A stretch of DNA of 52,743 nt from a virus (lineage: Duplodnaviria; Caudoviricetes): IMG/VR virus record IMGVR_UViG_3300044628_000447, positions 1 through 52,743 of that record. The stretch is one strand, 5' to 3'. Numbering within the stretch: the stretch's first letter is position 1; each line of letters begins with the position of its first letter. The notes under the pieces are model-generated. The model was not told the origin of the DNA. It did no database searches and was given only the letters and a program-made list of their open reading frames with translations. Of this stretch, positions 18,123-29,587 are shown one piece after another. A program made the position numbers and the translations under genes.

Positions 18123-18139
18123 AAAGCAACGCTCATAAA

Positions 18140-18167
18140 GAGGGGGTGGGGTAAAACCCACCCTCTC
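18140..18167 (+). terminator. Hairpin, probable terminator after capsid gene
   Basis: GAGGGGGTGGG-GTAAAA-CCCACCCTCTC; weak T tract. Confidence 0.6.
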
Positions 18168-18191
18168 ACTTGGGCAAACTAAAATAAAATT

Positions 18192-18464
18192 ATGGCTTGT
18201 TTTTCAGACACACCCTACACCAACTGGGGTTATCAGATTCTTATCACGCTAAATAACGCTTCAGAAAGCACTCCTGTATCTCTTGGATGTTATTCACAAA
18301 TGAATGATTCTGGTAAATTGTATCAGTTCTATAAAGCATTCCAATCAATCGGTGTAGAGCGTGAATCTATTAGCCAAAACTGTTTTGAACAACTAACAGA
18401 TGCACAGCAATGGAATGCGCTAAATGAAGCCATTGCTTCTGCCTTGACTCCCGTTGAGGTTTAA
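18192..18464 (+). CDS. Putative virion protein with three C[FY] repeat modules
   Basis: ACFSD / GCYSQ / NCFEQ repeats. Confidence 0.65.
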   Translation: MACFSDTPYTNWGYQILITLNNASESTPVSLGCYSQMNDSGKLYQFYKAFQSIGVERESISQNCFEQLTDAQQWNALNEAIASALTPVEV

Positions 18465-18492
18465 TTATCGTAACCGATAAAGAATTTTAATT

Positions 18493-18786
18493 ATGTCACT
18501 TTCAGAAAATTGTTTTAAGGAATCAACACCAGACGTTCAGAACTGGGAAATCAAAAACCAAATCATTGCATCTGGAGAAGAGATTTCTGATGCAATTGGA
18601 AGTTTGCAAGGTTTTGCTATTCCAGAATATGACGAAATCGACATTAGCTACTATGGAACCACAAACAACGCATCTACCGTTGTTTATTCAAAAGACGGTT
18701 CGCCTGTTGCAACTCTTACGCTGACATATTCCGTTCAGCCCCCGATTGCAAATGACGCAAATCTAGTAAACGTAACACTCTCCTAA
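18493..18786 (+). CDS. Putative virion protein
   Basis: N-terminal NCFKE module and beta-rich C-terminus. Confidence 0.65.
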   Translation: MSLSENCFKESTPDVQNWEIKNQIIASGEEISDAIGSLQGFAIPEYDEIDISYYGTTNNASTVVYSKDGSPVATLTLTYSVQPPIANDANLVNVTLS

Positions 18787-18787
18787 T

Positions 18788-20056
18788 ATGGGTTTAAAAT
18801 TCAATCCCTTCACTGGTAAGCTGGATTATGTTTCTTCGGACGGTAGCTTGCTTCCAGCCCCTCACGCTTCTACGCATTTCACTGGTGGAAGCGATCCTAT
18901 CGCGCCAGAAGATATTGACGCTGTTCCAGAAACTAGGACTATTACCGCTGGAACGGGATTGACAGGAGGCGGCAATCTAACCGCCAATAGAACGTTTCAA
19001 GTTCTTTTTGGAACAACCGCTGGAACTGTATGCGAAGGTAACGACCCAAGGCTTTCTGGCGGCGGCAGCGGTGGCGCAACCGGAGCTACTGGAGCCACTG
19101 GCGTTACAGGAGCAACCGGAGCCACAGGAATTCAAGGATCGACAGGAGCAACCGGAGAAGTTGGAGCTACTGGTGTTGCAGGAATCGATGGAGCTACAGG
19201 TGCTACAGGTGCTACAGGTGCTACGGGAGGAATCGGTGCTACAGGATTAACTGGAGCTACTGGTGGTCAAGCTACGGCAGACGTTCAAGTTTTTACATCT
19301 TCTGGAACTTGGAGCAAGCCTGCTGGAGCTAAAGCTGTTAAAGTTCAGCTTGTTGCTGGTGGCGGTGGCGGTGGTTCTGGACGCAAGGGTGCTGCTGGAA
19401 GCGTTAGGTTTGGTGGCGGTGGGGGAGGGAGCTCTCCTGTCACAATATTCAATGTCGATGCGTCAACGCTGCCAGCAGTTGTAACAGTTACTATTGGGGC
19501 AGGTGGAGTTGGGGGAGCCTCGGTTGGAACAAACAGCACAAATGGCTCTAATGGAACCAGCGGAGGAAACACAAGCTTTGGACAGTTTAGAGCTATTGGC
19601 GGCATTTTGGGTAATGGAGGGTCAGCGACAGCGGGAAATGGAGGTGTTTCGCCGGGAGCAGCACCAAATGGCGGTGCAAATGGTGGTAACGGTGGCGGCA
19701 CAGGGAATGCGACAGCGGCAGGTGTTGGAGTATATATCAGTGGTGGTGGCGGCGGAGGTGGTATAACTTCTGCAAATGCCTTAACTGCTGCATCCATAGG
19801 AGGAACCGTTTACACCTATGGACTAGCAGGCGCAGGATTTGGTTTATCTCCAACAGCGCACGGACTTTTTACCACACTAGGACTAGGCGGTGGAGGCGGT
19901 TCCTCTAGCGATACTGGAAACGCTCAAAGTGGTGGTAATGCAGGAATTTATGGTGGCGGTGGAGGCGGTGGCGGTGCGGCAGTCGATGGAGTTGGCGACT
20001 CTGGCGCAGGAGGAGCAGGCGGTGACGGAATCGCAATCATCACTACATATTTCTAG
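18788..20056 (+). CDS. Collagen-like / glycine-rich fibre protein
   Basis: (GAT)n triplets followed by [11 protein letters not shown] and a Gly-rich domain. Confidence 0.8.
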   Translation: MGLKFNPFTGKLDYVSSDGSLLPAPHASTHFTGGSDPIAPEDIDAVPETRTITAGTGLTGGGNLTANRTFQVLFGTTAGTVCEGNDPRLSGGGSGGATGATGATGVTGATGATGIQGSTGATGEVGATGVAGIDGATGATGATGATGGIGATGLTGATGGQATADVQVFTSSGTWSKPAGAKAVKVQLVAGGGGGGSGRKGAAGSVRFGGGGGGSSPVTIFNVDASTLPAVVTVTIGAGGVGGASVGTNSTNGSNGTSGGNTSFGQFRAIGGILGNGGSATAGNGGVSPGAAPNGGANGGNGGGTGNATAAGVGVYISGGGGGGGITSANALTAASIGGTVYTYGLAGAGFGLSPTAHGLFTTLGLGGGGGSSSDTGNAQSGGNAGIYGGGGGGGGAAVDGVGDSGAGGAGGDGIAIITTYF

Positions 20057-20059
20057 TTT

Positions 20060-20218
20060 ATGGATAACCATTACGCTATTATAGATGAAACAGGTGGATG
20101 GCTAGTAAACCTAGTTGTTTGGGATGGAAATCCAAATACATGGACACCTCCTTTTGGAACAATTGCTAAACATATTAATGAAGTAAACTTTTCTGAACTA
20201 CAACAAAAACCCGAATAA
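20060..20218 (+). CDS. Small protein, possible fibre chaperone (52 aa, not in ORF track)
   Basis: Manual translation [23 protein letters not shown]...; typical partner of Gly-rich fibres. Confidence 0.6.
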   Translation: MDNHYAIIDETGGWLVNLVVWDGNPNTWTPPFGTIAKHINEVNFSELQQKPE

Positions 20219-20223
20219 ATAAT

Positions 20224-21303
20224 ATGAGTATATCATGCACTAACGACAAAAACTGGGACGCCTTGAACTATGAAAGGTATCTTTCAATCGCTGAATCTAT
20301 TGGACTAGAAAATCCAATTTCATTTGGATGCTTTTCAGCACTTAATGAAGCGCAGCAAAACCTTCTTATTTCTGAAACTATTGCAGAAGGTTTCTCAACA
20401 GGCGGTGGGACTTCTGGCGCAACAGGAGCTACTGGCCCAGTAGGAGAAACAGGAGAAACTGGAGCCACTGGTGAACAGGGCATTGCTGGAACTGATGGCG
20501 CGACAGGTGCTACTGGTATCCAAGGTGAAGTTGGTGCAACTGGTGAAACGGGAGCTACTGGAGTCGGATTAATTTCTCCATACGAGGGGGAATTTATCAG
20601 AGAAGAGTTTAGAAATGCGGCGGCTGGACTTCAACTTATTTCTTTTTCAAATAATGGTGGAACAGCAAGCGTTACCGTTAATCCAACAACTACTGAAGCA
20701 AGAGATGGTATTGTAAAATTGCAAACAGGGAACGTCGCGTCTAACGATCAGCGTGGCGGATATATGAGCAATGCTACTAACTTTTTCCCGGGAAATGGTA
20801 ATCGTTATTATTTCGGTGTAGGCATTAGAACAGTTGCTCCATTTTTCGATGTTACATTGACTGGTTTTTATCAATTTGGTTTTTCAGATACTTCTTTGGG
20901 AGTAGGAACAGGATCGCTTTCATTTATTTCTACAAACGGAAGTAATTGGATTTGCTCTTCTAGGAACAATAACATTACTACAAATTTCGACACTGGAGTA
21001 TCGATAACGGATACTGATTGGAAAGATTTTGCTTTCTTGTATTATGAGAACGGAGACAGAGTTGATTTCTTTATTAACTCAGTAAGAGTTGTTACCTTCT
21101 GGAGCGCAGCAGGAACAAATGATCCAACCAATATTTATAGCGCAAACATCAACAAGCTAATGAATCGTGCTGGAGTAAAAGCCATGGTTCACAGGGTATC
21201 AACAACAGGAACAAACGTTGCTATTGACTTGGATTACCTTGACTTTGGAGTAAAATACAGCACAACGGTAGCTTCAAGATTTAATCCTATCCAACTTCTA
21301 TGA
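20224..21303 (+). CDS. Collagen-containing fibre with beta-sandwich-like C-terminus
   Basis: Shared N-terminal module, GxT repeats, beta-rich tail. Confidence 0.7.
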   Translation: MSISCTNDKNWDALNYERYLSIAESIGLENPISFGCFSALNEAQQNLLISETIAEGFSTGGGTSGATGATGPVGETGETGATGEQGIAGTDGATGATGIQGEVGATGETGATGVGLISPYEGEFIREEFRNAAAGLQLISFSNNGGTASVTVNPTTTEARDGIVKLQTGNVASNDQRGGYMSNATNFFPGNGNRYYFGVGIRTVAPFFDVTLTGFYQFGFSDTSLGVGTGSLSFISTNGSNWICSSRNNNITTNFDTGVSITDTDWKDFAFLYYENGDRVDFFINSVRVVTFWSAAGTNDPTNIYSANINKLMNRAGVKAMVHRVSTTGTNVAIDLDYLDFGVKYSTTVASRFNPIQLL

Positions 21304-21482
21304 ATAAAAAATTTAGAGTTTATTACTCAACAGGTGAAAGCTTCAATGAGTTTCTAAAAATTGAAGAGGCAATTGAATACAAGCAAAAAAACAATCTTTT
21401 TTCTGAAATAGAAGTCATAGAATCTAATATTAGCGAAGTTGAATACGATTCAATTCCGCAAAATCCAGAAGAAATAGAATGA
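21300..21482 (+). CDS. Hypothetical protein
   Basis: 60 aa with ATGA overlaps. Confidence 0.6.
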   Translation: MNKKFRVYYSTGESFNEFLKIEEAIEYKQKNNLFSEIEVIESNISEVEYDSIPQNPEEIE

Positions 21483-22129
21483 TCCTTTCATGCACCTCAG
21501 ATAAGAACTGGGATATACTAAACTACGAAAGGTATCTTACAATAGCTCTCGCTATCGGAAACGATAACCCGTATAGTTTTGCGTGCTTTTCTGTTCTAAA
21601 TGAAGCGCAGCAGAATCTTCTAATCAGCCAAACAATTGCCCAAGGTCTTACAAGCGTATCACAGCCTAGATATTGGGGTTCATTCTGGTCTAACGAAGAT
21701 CAAGTTGCTCTGAACATAAACGAAGAGAAAGCTGTTACGCTTGAAGAAACCGATCCAGATTCAGATGGCGTATCGATAAACTCTAACAGCCAGATTACGT
21801 TTGCTAACGCAGGAGTATATTCAGTTACATTTTCAGTTCAGTGGACGAATACTCATGTTCAAATCCATGACTCCAATATCTGGCTAAAGAAAAACGGAGA
21901 TGTTGTTCCATCAACGAACTCTCGATTCAGTATTATAGAATCGCATGGTGGAGTTGATGGGCATGTAATTGGAACCGTGAACTACGCATTAAGACTTGAC
22001 GCTAACGATTACTTGGAACTATACTGGTCAACATCAGACCTACGTGTATCAATGCAGCATATTCCAGAGGTTTCGCCACACCCCGAAACTCCAAGCATTA
22101 TTCTGACAGCAACACAAGTGGCGATATGA
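21479..22129 (+). CDS. Virion protein with C1q/BclA-C-like domain
   Basis: ITFANAGVYSVTFSVQ...LDANDYLELYW; N-terminus paralogous to the 20224 ORF. Confidence 0.7.
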   Translation: MILSCTSDKNWDILNYERYLTIALAIGNDNPYSFACFSVLNEAQQNLLISQTIAQGLTSVSQPRYWGSFWSNEDQVALNINEEKAVTLEETDPDSDGVSINSNSQITFANAGVYSVTFSVQWTNTHVQIHDSNIWLKKNGDVVPSTNSRFSIIESHGGVDGHVIGTVNYALRLDANDYLELYWSTSDLRVSMQHIPEVSPHPETPSIILTATQVAI

Positions 22130-22302
22130 ACGAGCATCCTACAATAGCAGGAATCACTGGGACTCTAACAAGTCTTTTCGGAGTTATGGTATCTTTAATC
22201 CCCCATTTAGAAACGGGCCTTAGAATTTCGGGCGCATTTGTTGGCTTGGTGGCTGGCATATTAACATGCGTCTATATGTGGAAAAAAATAGAAAAGTTAT
22301 GA
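22126..22302 (+). CDS. Holin-like membrane protein (58 aa, not in ORF track)
   Basis: MNEHPTIAGITGTLTSLFGVMVSLIPHLETGLRISGAFVGLVAGILTCVYMWKKIEKL; two hydrophobic segments and a basic tail. Confidence 0.6.
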   Translation: MNEHPTIAGITGTLTSLFGVMVSLIPHLETGLRISGAFVGLVAGILTCVYMWKKIEKL

Positions 22303-22475
22303 AAATTGTAGAAGCAATCATTAATCGCGCAAAAGAGAAATCGACTTGGGCTGGCATCGGAACGATCCTTGCACTGGTTGGATTAAAGCTTGAGCCAGAG
22401 CAATTTACAGCTATCTCTACAGCAGTAATCGGCGTCATTGGTCTTTACGAAGTATTCCGCAAGGAAAAGAAATGA
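22299..22475 (+). CDS. Holin-like membrane protein (start MKIVEA)
   Basis: EKSTWAG motif, two TM segments, basic tail, upstream of the endolysin. Confidence 0.65.
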   Translation: MKIVEAIINRAKEKSTWAGIGTILALVGLKLEPEQFTAISTAVIGVIGLYEVFRKEKK

Positions 22476-22621
22476 CATCCAGAGCATTAATTGCTATCGT
22501 AGCATTATGTCTGATAGCAATCTTTCTTCTAACTGGATGCGAAACGTTGCGGATTGGTTTCGCAACCGATTACGGAACGTTCTCATACGAGATACCGACC
22601 AAGACACTGAGAGACAAGTGA
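22472..22621 (+). CDS. Small lipoprotein in lysis cassette (49 aa, not in ORF track)
   Basis: MTSRALIAIVALCLIAIFLLTG-CETLRIGFATDYGTFSYEIPTKTLRDK; lipobox LTG-C; ATGA and GTGA overlaps. Confidence 0.7.
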   Translation: MTSRALIAIVALCLIAIFLLTGCETLRIGFATDYGTFSYEIPTKTLRDK

Positions 22622-23097
22622 AGAACAAATATAAAGAAGTTAGTCGGCAAACCCCTAACTTCTCCAAGGGGAGAATAATCTATCCCAAGGCGGTAGTATT
22701 ACATCACACGTCTGGAAGCTATGTTGGTTCGGTAGCTTGGTGCATGAATCCAGAAAGCCAAGTAAGCTACCATTGTATCATTAAACGAGACGGAGAGCGC
22801 ACAGTCCTAGCATCTGATAACCAAAGGACGTGGCACGCAGGTAAGAGCTTTTGGCGTGGTAAGCCAGACCTAAATAGCTGGAGCTTGGGCGTAGCATTTG
22901 AGGGGGACACATACAAAGAAAGCTTGACAAAGGAGATGATAGAGTCTGCAATCGAATACCTAGTTCCCCGGATGAAAGAATTATCGTTATCGATAAAAGA
23001 CGTAACAGACCACAGGACAGTAAGCCCAAACCGCAAGAATGACTTGAAACCGTCGGAATACGACAGATTCATGCAAGAATTAAAAAAATACCTATGA
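22618..23097 (+). CDS. Endolysin, N-acetylmuramoyl-L-alanine amidase (Amidase_2); probable GTG start
   Basis: VVLHHT, VSYH, TWHAG, GVAFEG, DH..VSPNRKND. Confidence 0.9.
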   Translation: MKNKYKEVSRQTPNFSKGRIIYPKAVVLHHTSGSYVGSVAWCMNPESQVSYHCIIKRDGERTVLASDNQRTWHAGKSFWRGKPDLNSWSLGVAFEGDTYKESLTKEMIESAIEYLVPRMKELSLSIKDVTDHRTVSPNRKNDLKPSEYDRFMQELKKYL

Positions 23098-23975
23098 GCA
23101 AAGTTTCTTGGAGTTTCCAAGAGGTTAGCAGAAATGTTCACCTCTTTAACGTAAACCTTCAGAATGTTGGAGATGAACAATGGTTCCTACTACAGAGCGA
23201 TGTCCACTGGGACAATCCAAAGTGTGATAGGAAGAAACTCAAGAAACACCTCGATCTTGCACTAGAACGTAACGCTCCCGTGCTAGACTTTGGCGACTTC
23301 TTTTGCGCCATGCAAGGTAAGTATGACAGGCGATCATCGAAGAAAGATATTCGGCCAGAGCATCAGAACAACCAGTATTTGGATAGCCTGGTTAATACTG
23401 CGGCGGAATACCTTAAACCTTACGCTAAAATAATTACGGTAAGAGGCAATGGTAATCACGAATCGGCTATCAATAAAAACCATGAAACCGATCTAAACGA
23501 GCGACTTGCAGAAAGAATTCGTATGGACGGGGGAATCGCACGTAGAGGCGGTTATTCTGGTTACATTAGATTTCAAATCCATAACGGTAAAAGAAATAAC
23601 AGAAGCATCAAGCTTTGGTATTTCCACGGTAGCGGTGGCGGTGGCCCAGTAACTAGGGGTGTTATACAAACAAACCGCCAAGCTGTGTATGTATCAGACG
23701 CAGACATTGTAGCAAGCGGACACGTCCACGAAAGCTGGCAAGTAGCAGTTGAGAGGATGCGACTAAACTTAGCAGACAGAGTTGTTCTTGAGCGGCAGAC
23801 GCACGTTAAGATTGCTGGCTACAAAGAAGAATACGAAGACGGCTACGGTGGTTGGCATATCGAAACTGGTAAGCCTCCTAAACCAACGGGTGCATGGTGG
23901 CTTAGGATTTACCATCCAGAATACCAAGATAAGAACAGACCGGATGCTGAGTATGAATTGTTTGAAGCTAAATAA
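23094..23975 (+). CDS. Calcineurin-like metallophosphoesterase
   Basis: SDVH, FGD, GNHE, FHG and SGHVH motifs. Confidence 0.85.
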   Translation: MSKVSWSFQEVSRNVHLFNVNLQNVGDEQWFLLQSDVHWDNPKCDRKKLKKHLDLALERNAPVLDFGDFFCAMQGKYDRRSSKKDIRPEHQNNQYLDSLVNTAAEYLKPYAKIITVRGNGNHESAINKNHETDLNERLAERIRMDGGIARRGGYSGYIRFQIHNGKRNNRSIKLWYFHGSGGGGPVTRGVIQTNRQAVYVSDADIVASGHVHESWQVAVERMRLNLADRVVLERQTHVKIAGYKEEYEDGYGGWHIETGKPPKPTGAWWLRIYHPEYQDKNRPDAEYELFEAK

Positions 23976-23991
23976 AATGCTTGCAGTTTAA

Positions 23992-25155
<1,164 letters not shown>

Positions 25156-25197
25156 AATCCTTGACACTTTAGTAACTTAAATTATTTTCATAAAAAT

Positions 25198-25758
25198 ATG
25201 GGATGCTGCAATTCATATCCTCCGTGCCAAGCAAACAATACGAATGTTTGCGACCCGCTTGGCAATACAGATCAAGCATACAAGTTGGTCGTAGAGGATA
25301 TTGCGTTTTGCAAGAAATCGCTTCCAACTCCAGAGAATGTTTCAGCACTTCAATACGGTGCAAATCTTCTCATTGAATGGAAAGACGGCAGCGAAACCAA
25401 ACCATTTAGCCTGCCAGAACTGCAAGGAGCAACGGGTGCTGTTGGTATCGTTGGCGTAAAAAGCAATGGCGATTTTGTTTCTTTATATGCCGCTACAGGA
25501 GCTACTGGTGCTACTGGCTTTGACGTTATCGCAAACAATGGTTCTGGATGGGGAGTTGTATCTGGTGCAGTAATTACTGGAGTCAGTGACCAACCTAAAG
25601 GCGGTGGAGCAAACCGAGTATTCTTTGAGAACGATATTATCGTAACCGATAACTACACAATTTCTACAAACAAAAACGCAATGACAGCAGGGCCAATAAC
25701 GGTAGCATCTGGCGTCACTGTAACAGTGCCAGCAGGATCAACTTGGACAGTAGTTTAA
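25198..25758 (+). CDS. Tail/fibre-associated protein
   Basis: Shares the C-terminal [18 protein letters not shown] domain with the 24019 ORF. Confidence 0.7.
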   Translation: MGCCNSYPPCQANNTNVCDPLGNTDQAYKLVVEDIAFCKKSLPTPENVSALQYGANLLIEWKDGSETKPFSLPELQGATGAVGIVGVKSNGDFVSLYAATGATGATGFDVIANNGSGWGVVSGAVITGVSDQPKGGGANRVFFENDIIVTDNYTISTNKNAMTAGPITVASGVTVTVPAGSTWTVV

Positions 25759-25770
25759 CGAAACAAAATT

Positions 25771-26355
25771 ATGCCAGTAACAATTAACGGAACAACAGGA
25801 GTAGTAACGCCGGGAGCAACCATTGGATCAATCAATGGTATTTTGAAATCATCTTCTGGAGTAGTATCGCAAGCGAGTGTTGGAACTGATTATTCGCAAC
25901 TAACTCTCGCTACTGCACAGACTGCATCTGGAACTGCTGTTGACTTTACAGATATTCCAAGTTGGGTGAAGCGGATTACTGTGATGTTTAATGGTGTTAG
26001 CACAAACGGAACAAGCAATATAATTGTCCAACTTGGAGCATCATCAATTGAAACATCAGGATATAGTTCTTCAGTTGTTGCAGTAAATGTTGCTTCCGCT
26101 GGAACTCAGTTTACAAATGGATTTGGAATAACTCAAGCGACTGCCGCTGCAAGATCTTATTTTGGCGGATCAATTATTAATTTAATTTCTTCTAATTCAT
26201 GGTGTCAACTTTGCAATATATCTCAAGGTGATAATACTGTTCATTCTGGAGCTGGTGCTAAAACCCTATCCGGCGCACTTGATCGCATCCGAATTACTAC
26301 AGTAAACGGCACAGACACATTTGACGCTGGAACAATTAACATTTCTTACGAATAA
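25771..26355 (+). CDS. Tail fibre-like beta-rich protein
   Basis: SGTAVDFTDIPSWVKRIT...DRIRITT...FDAGTI pattern. Confidence 0.7.
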   Translation: MPVTINGTTGVVTPGATIGSINGILKSSSGVVSQASVGTDYSQLTLATAQTASGTAVDFTDIPSWVKRITVMFNGVSTNGTSNIIVQLGASSIETSGYSSSVVAVNVASAGTQFTNGFGITQATAAARSYFGGSIINLISSNSWCQLCNISQGDNTVHSGAGAKTLSGALDRIRITTVNGTDTFDAGTINISYE

Positions 26356-26358
26356 CAT

Positions 26359-26895
26359 ATGGCAACATCACTCTCATTAGAAAACGACTCCAGCCTCGCG
26401 CAAGGGTATCTCAAGGTTAATGGCTCAACCGCCGCTACGCTGACTACGAGTGGCATTACAGGAAACTTGACTGGTAATGTCACTGGAAATGTGACGGGGA
26501 ATGCTGACACTGCTACCAAGTTCTCAACAACTACTGGTTCCGCTCCTGCCTATGCTTGCCGCGCATGGGTTAACTTCGACGGAACTAAAGACACGACTGG
26601 CGCAACAAGCACAGCAAACACAAATCGACTTATTCGCGCAAGCGGTAATGTGACGAGCGTTTTGAGGAATGGAACTGGTGATTATACTGTGAATTTTGCT
26701 ACTGAAATGAATGATGCGAATTATAGTATTTTGCTTACTGGTGATACTCAAGGAACAACCACAATAAATGGTGGAAATTTTGCTTGTCTTTCAAGAAATG
26801 CCAGACCATCAACATCATCTTTTAGGTTTGAAACATTTGATGCAACAACTTTTAAAGATGTATTGCAAGGGAATGTAGCAATCTTCGGAAACTAA
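26359..26895 (+). CDS. Tail fibre-like protein
   Basis: GNxT repeats; RAWVNFDG...SGNVTSV...TGDYTVNF. Confidence 0.7.
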   Translation: MATSLSLENDSSLAQGYLKVNGSTAATLTTSGITGNLTGNVTGNVTGNADTATKFSTTTGSAPAYACRAWVNFDGTKDTTGATSTANTNRLIRASGNVTSVLRNGTGDYTVNFATEMNDANYSILLTGDTQGTTTINGGNFACLSRNARPSTSSFRFETFDATTFKDVLQGNVAIFGN

Positions 26896-26899
26896 TCTT

Positions 26900-27331
26900 A
26901 TGCCAACACAAATCACATCCGCAGGAATTACCTTTAATGACGCGACTACGCTGACAAGTGCTATTCCCGTTGACGGCTCGATTTCTACTAACAAGCTCGC
27001 CAATAACGCCGTCACAGCCGCAAAACTTGGCACTAACGAGCAGAAGCAGATTTGCAAAGCATGGGTGAATTTTAATGGGACTACATCGCCCGGCACGATT
27101 AAAGGAAGTTTTAATGTTTCAAGTGTTACAAAAGTAGCAACAGGATCATACGATGTTAATTTAATATCTCCATTAAGTAATAATTTATATAGCTGTGTAG
27201 CTACAGATAACTCAAGGGGGGCTACTGTAGCTTTTCCAAGCACAATATCTAAATTTATTGTTGGAACCTACAATACTTCTTTTTTACCAGCAGATTTTAC
27301 AGAAGTTTCTGCTATAGCATTCGGAAACTAA
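26900..27331 (+). CDS. Tail fibre-like protein (paralogue of 26359)
   Basis: KAWVNFNG...SFNVSSV...TGSYDVN; both proteins end in AIxFGN-like sequences. Confidence 0.7.
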   Translation: MPTQITSAGITFNDATTLTSAIPVDGSISTNKLANNAVTAAKLGTNEQKQICKAWVNFNGTTSPGTIKGSFNVSSVTKVATGSYDVNLISPLSNNLYSCVATDNSRGATVAFPSTISKFIVGTYNTSFLPADFTEVSAIAFGN

Positions 27332-27335
27332 TTTT

Positions 27336-27740
27336 ATGTTTATCACCTACCCACAACCCAACGGACAAGTCGCAGTAGTCATCCCTACTGGAGATGTATC
27401 GATTGCCATTAAAGATATTCCGGCAGGAGTAGAATACAAGATCGTTGATTCTATCTACATCGATAACGACTACTTCAACGCATACGAATTTGACGCTGAA
27501 ATTGGCGCAAAGATAAACATTGAAAAGGCGAAAGCTATTCACCTTGATAAGTTCCGTGCCGCTCGCGCTCCTAAACTCGCCAAGCTAGACATTGACTTCA
27601 TGAAGGCGGTAGAGGCTAACGACGAAGAGAAGAAAGCTGAAATCGTTGCAGAGAAGCAAGCCTTGCGCGACGTAACTCTGACTCCGCTTCCAGACGATCT
27701 TGAAGGAATTAAAGCCACTTGGCCAGACATTCTTAACTAA
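27336..27740 (+). CDS. Tail fibre assembly-like protein
   Basis: R..R...L..LD...M.A.E...KQALRD...WP pattern. Confidence 0.65.
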   Translation: MFITYPQPNGQVAVVIPTGDVSIAIKDIPAGVEYKIVDSIYIDNDYFNAYEFDAEIGAKINIEKAKAIHLDKFRAARAPKLAKLDIDFMKAVEANDEEKKAEIVAEKQALRDVTLTPLPDDLEGIKATWPDILN

Positions 27741-29581
27741 TGCCAAGCGAGGGTTCAGTATTTGATGGATTCACAAGTATCATAGCACAAGACGCTGATA
27801 CTCATCCATCATATTTGCCCGAATCAATAGTATCTGAGTCAGTCAATAGAACATTCCGTGGCGGTGTAAATAGAACCCGCCCAAGCATACGTAATATCAA
27901 GATATTCGCTGGAGAGAACCAGAGTGAGAATATCGTAAACGATATTGAGAGTGGCAACTTCCAAGGCGCATATCCATATCGCGCTACAAAATATAACTCG
28001 GCAGACGGAATACTTATCTCTGTATCTGGAGTAATATATTTCTTAAAGGTAGTAAACAACATTGCATACGCCTACAAGATTATCGATGGGAATGATCCAG
28101 CGATGATGCACACTTGGTTCGTTCAAGCCGAGGATAGAGTTTACATCCAGAACGGATACCAGAACGCCATTGCTTGGGACGGAGATTTAAACGTCCCCGC
28201 ATATCGCCTTAACCCATACAACCAAAAGATGCCAATCGGCACGATCATGGAGTATGCTTTTGGAAGGGTGTTTGTATCTGACAAGTTCAATCAGATTTAC
28301 GCCTCTGACATTATATACGGAAACGGGTTTACGGACACAACGAACACTGAGAACTTCACGGAGATTGGATACTGGGCAGAGGGAGGCGCGTTCTCAACTC
28401 CAGCAACGATGGGGAACATTACTGGCATGAAGGTAATGCCGCAGATTGGCAGCAACCTTCGCGGCCAAGGTGAGCTTGTTGTGCTGACTGGCAATGGAGC
28501 ATTCTCAATGGATGTTTCTATTCCTCGTTCTCAATGGAACACATCACAGATACAAAGGATCAGCCTGCTTGGTCGTGGTTGCGTGTCTCCTTATGTATCA
28601 CTAGCCAACTCTGAGCTTTGGTTTAGATCGCACGATGGTTGGGCATTCTACTCAAACAGCCAATCGGAGTTTGCAAGATACTTCTCGCTACGAAAGCTAT
28701 CTAGGGAAGTAAACAAGTGGGTTCAGAATGATACCCCGTGGCTAAAACAATTTGCGTCAACGATGTTCTTCAACAACTACCTAATCAACACCGTTGCTCC
28801 AGAGACAAAAAGGACAGACGATGTTGGGCTTCACAGGTATCACAGGGGGATGGTCGTGCTTGACCTAGACCAGTCATCCTCACCGTCTCCCGACGCACAG
28901 CTCTCATTTAGGTGGAACGGTATATGGACAGGGTTCCGACCAACTCAATTACTCACAGCACTGATAAGGGGAGAGAAGCGAGGGTTTGGATTCTCGTTCG
29001 ATAAAGACAATAGGAATAGACTTTACGAGATTACCATAACGCAAGGTGACGACTTTGGCCCGAACGGAACAAGGAAGATTGAATCATTCTTTACCACAGG
29101 TAGATACGATTTTAGCAGGACAGAGCAGACAAACAAGTTTCTCCGAAAGAAAATAACTGGTGGAGAAATGTGGATGAGCGAGATTAAGGGAGAAGTGGAA
29201 AGCTCTGTTGAGTATAGGTCTGACAGCAACCCGTGCTGGTCTGAATTGAAGGTTCCAACAACATACGGATGCGACTCATGTTCTCCGGTTGTTACTGACT
29301 GCGTTCCTCAACGTGGCGGAAACAGATACAAGCGATACAAGTTTAATACTCCAGACCCATCTGAATGTAATGACCTTGCAGGAATACCATCGGTGGAGGG
29401 AAGCGAGTTTCAGATTAAAGTGAACCTAGTTGGATCAACTACAGTTGATCGAGTTAGAATCATGGCGAACATAAAGAACAATGAAGACTCTCCTGTTGGC
29501 GACTGCCCAGAAGAAAATCAAGAGTGTGAACCATTTTTATGTTGCCAAGAGAAATACTGGGAATACAATATCGTAAATTAA
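27740..29581 (+). CDS. Probable tail nozzle / stabilisation protein
   Basis: 613 aa, beta-propeller-like, located in a podovirus-type tail module (synteny-based). Confidence 0.55.
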   Translation: MPSEGSVFDGFTSIIAQDADTHPSYLPESIVSESVNRTFRGGVNRTRPSIRNIKIFAGENQSENIVNDIESGNFQGAYPYRATKYNSADGILISVSGVIYFLKVVNNIAYAYKIIDGNDPAMMHTWFVQAEDRVYIQNGYQNAIAWDGDLNVPAYRLNPYNQKMPIGTIMEYAFGRVFVSDKFNQIYASDIIYGNGFTDTTNTENFTEIGYWAEGGAFSTPATMGNITGMKVMPQIGSNLRGQGELVVLTGNGAFSMDVSIPRSQWNTSQIQRISLLGRGCVSPYVSLANSELWFRSHDGWAFYSNSQSEFARYFSLRKLSREVNKWVQNDTPWLKQFASTMFFNNYLINTVAPETKRTDDVGLHRYHRGMVVLDLDQSSSPSPDAQLSFRWNGIWTGFRPTQLLTALIRGEKRGFGFSFDKDNRNRLYEITITQGDDFGPNGTRKIESFFTTGRYDFSRTEQTNKFLRKKITGGEMWMSEIKGEVESSVEYRSDSNPCWSELKVPTTYGCDSCSPVVTDCVPQRGGNRYKRYKFNTPDPSECNDLAGIPSVEGSEFQIKVNLVGSTTVDRVRIMANIKNNEDSPVGDCPEENQECEPFLCCQEKYWEYNIVN

Positions 29582-29587
29582 CTTATT

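Noticed and set aside
22438-22617. N-terminal extension of the endolysin in the ORF track
   Set aside because: This region is better explained by the overlapping lipoprotein ORF 22472..22621 and a GTG start at 22618.
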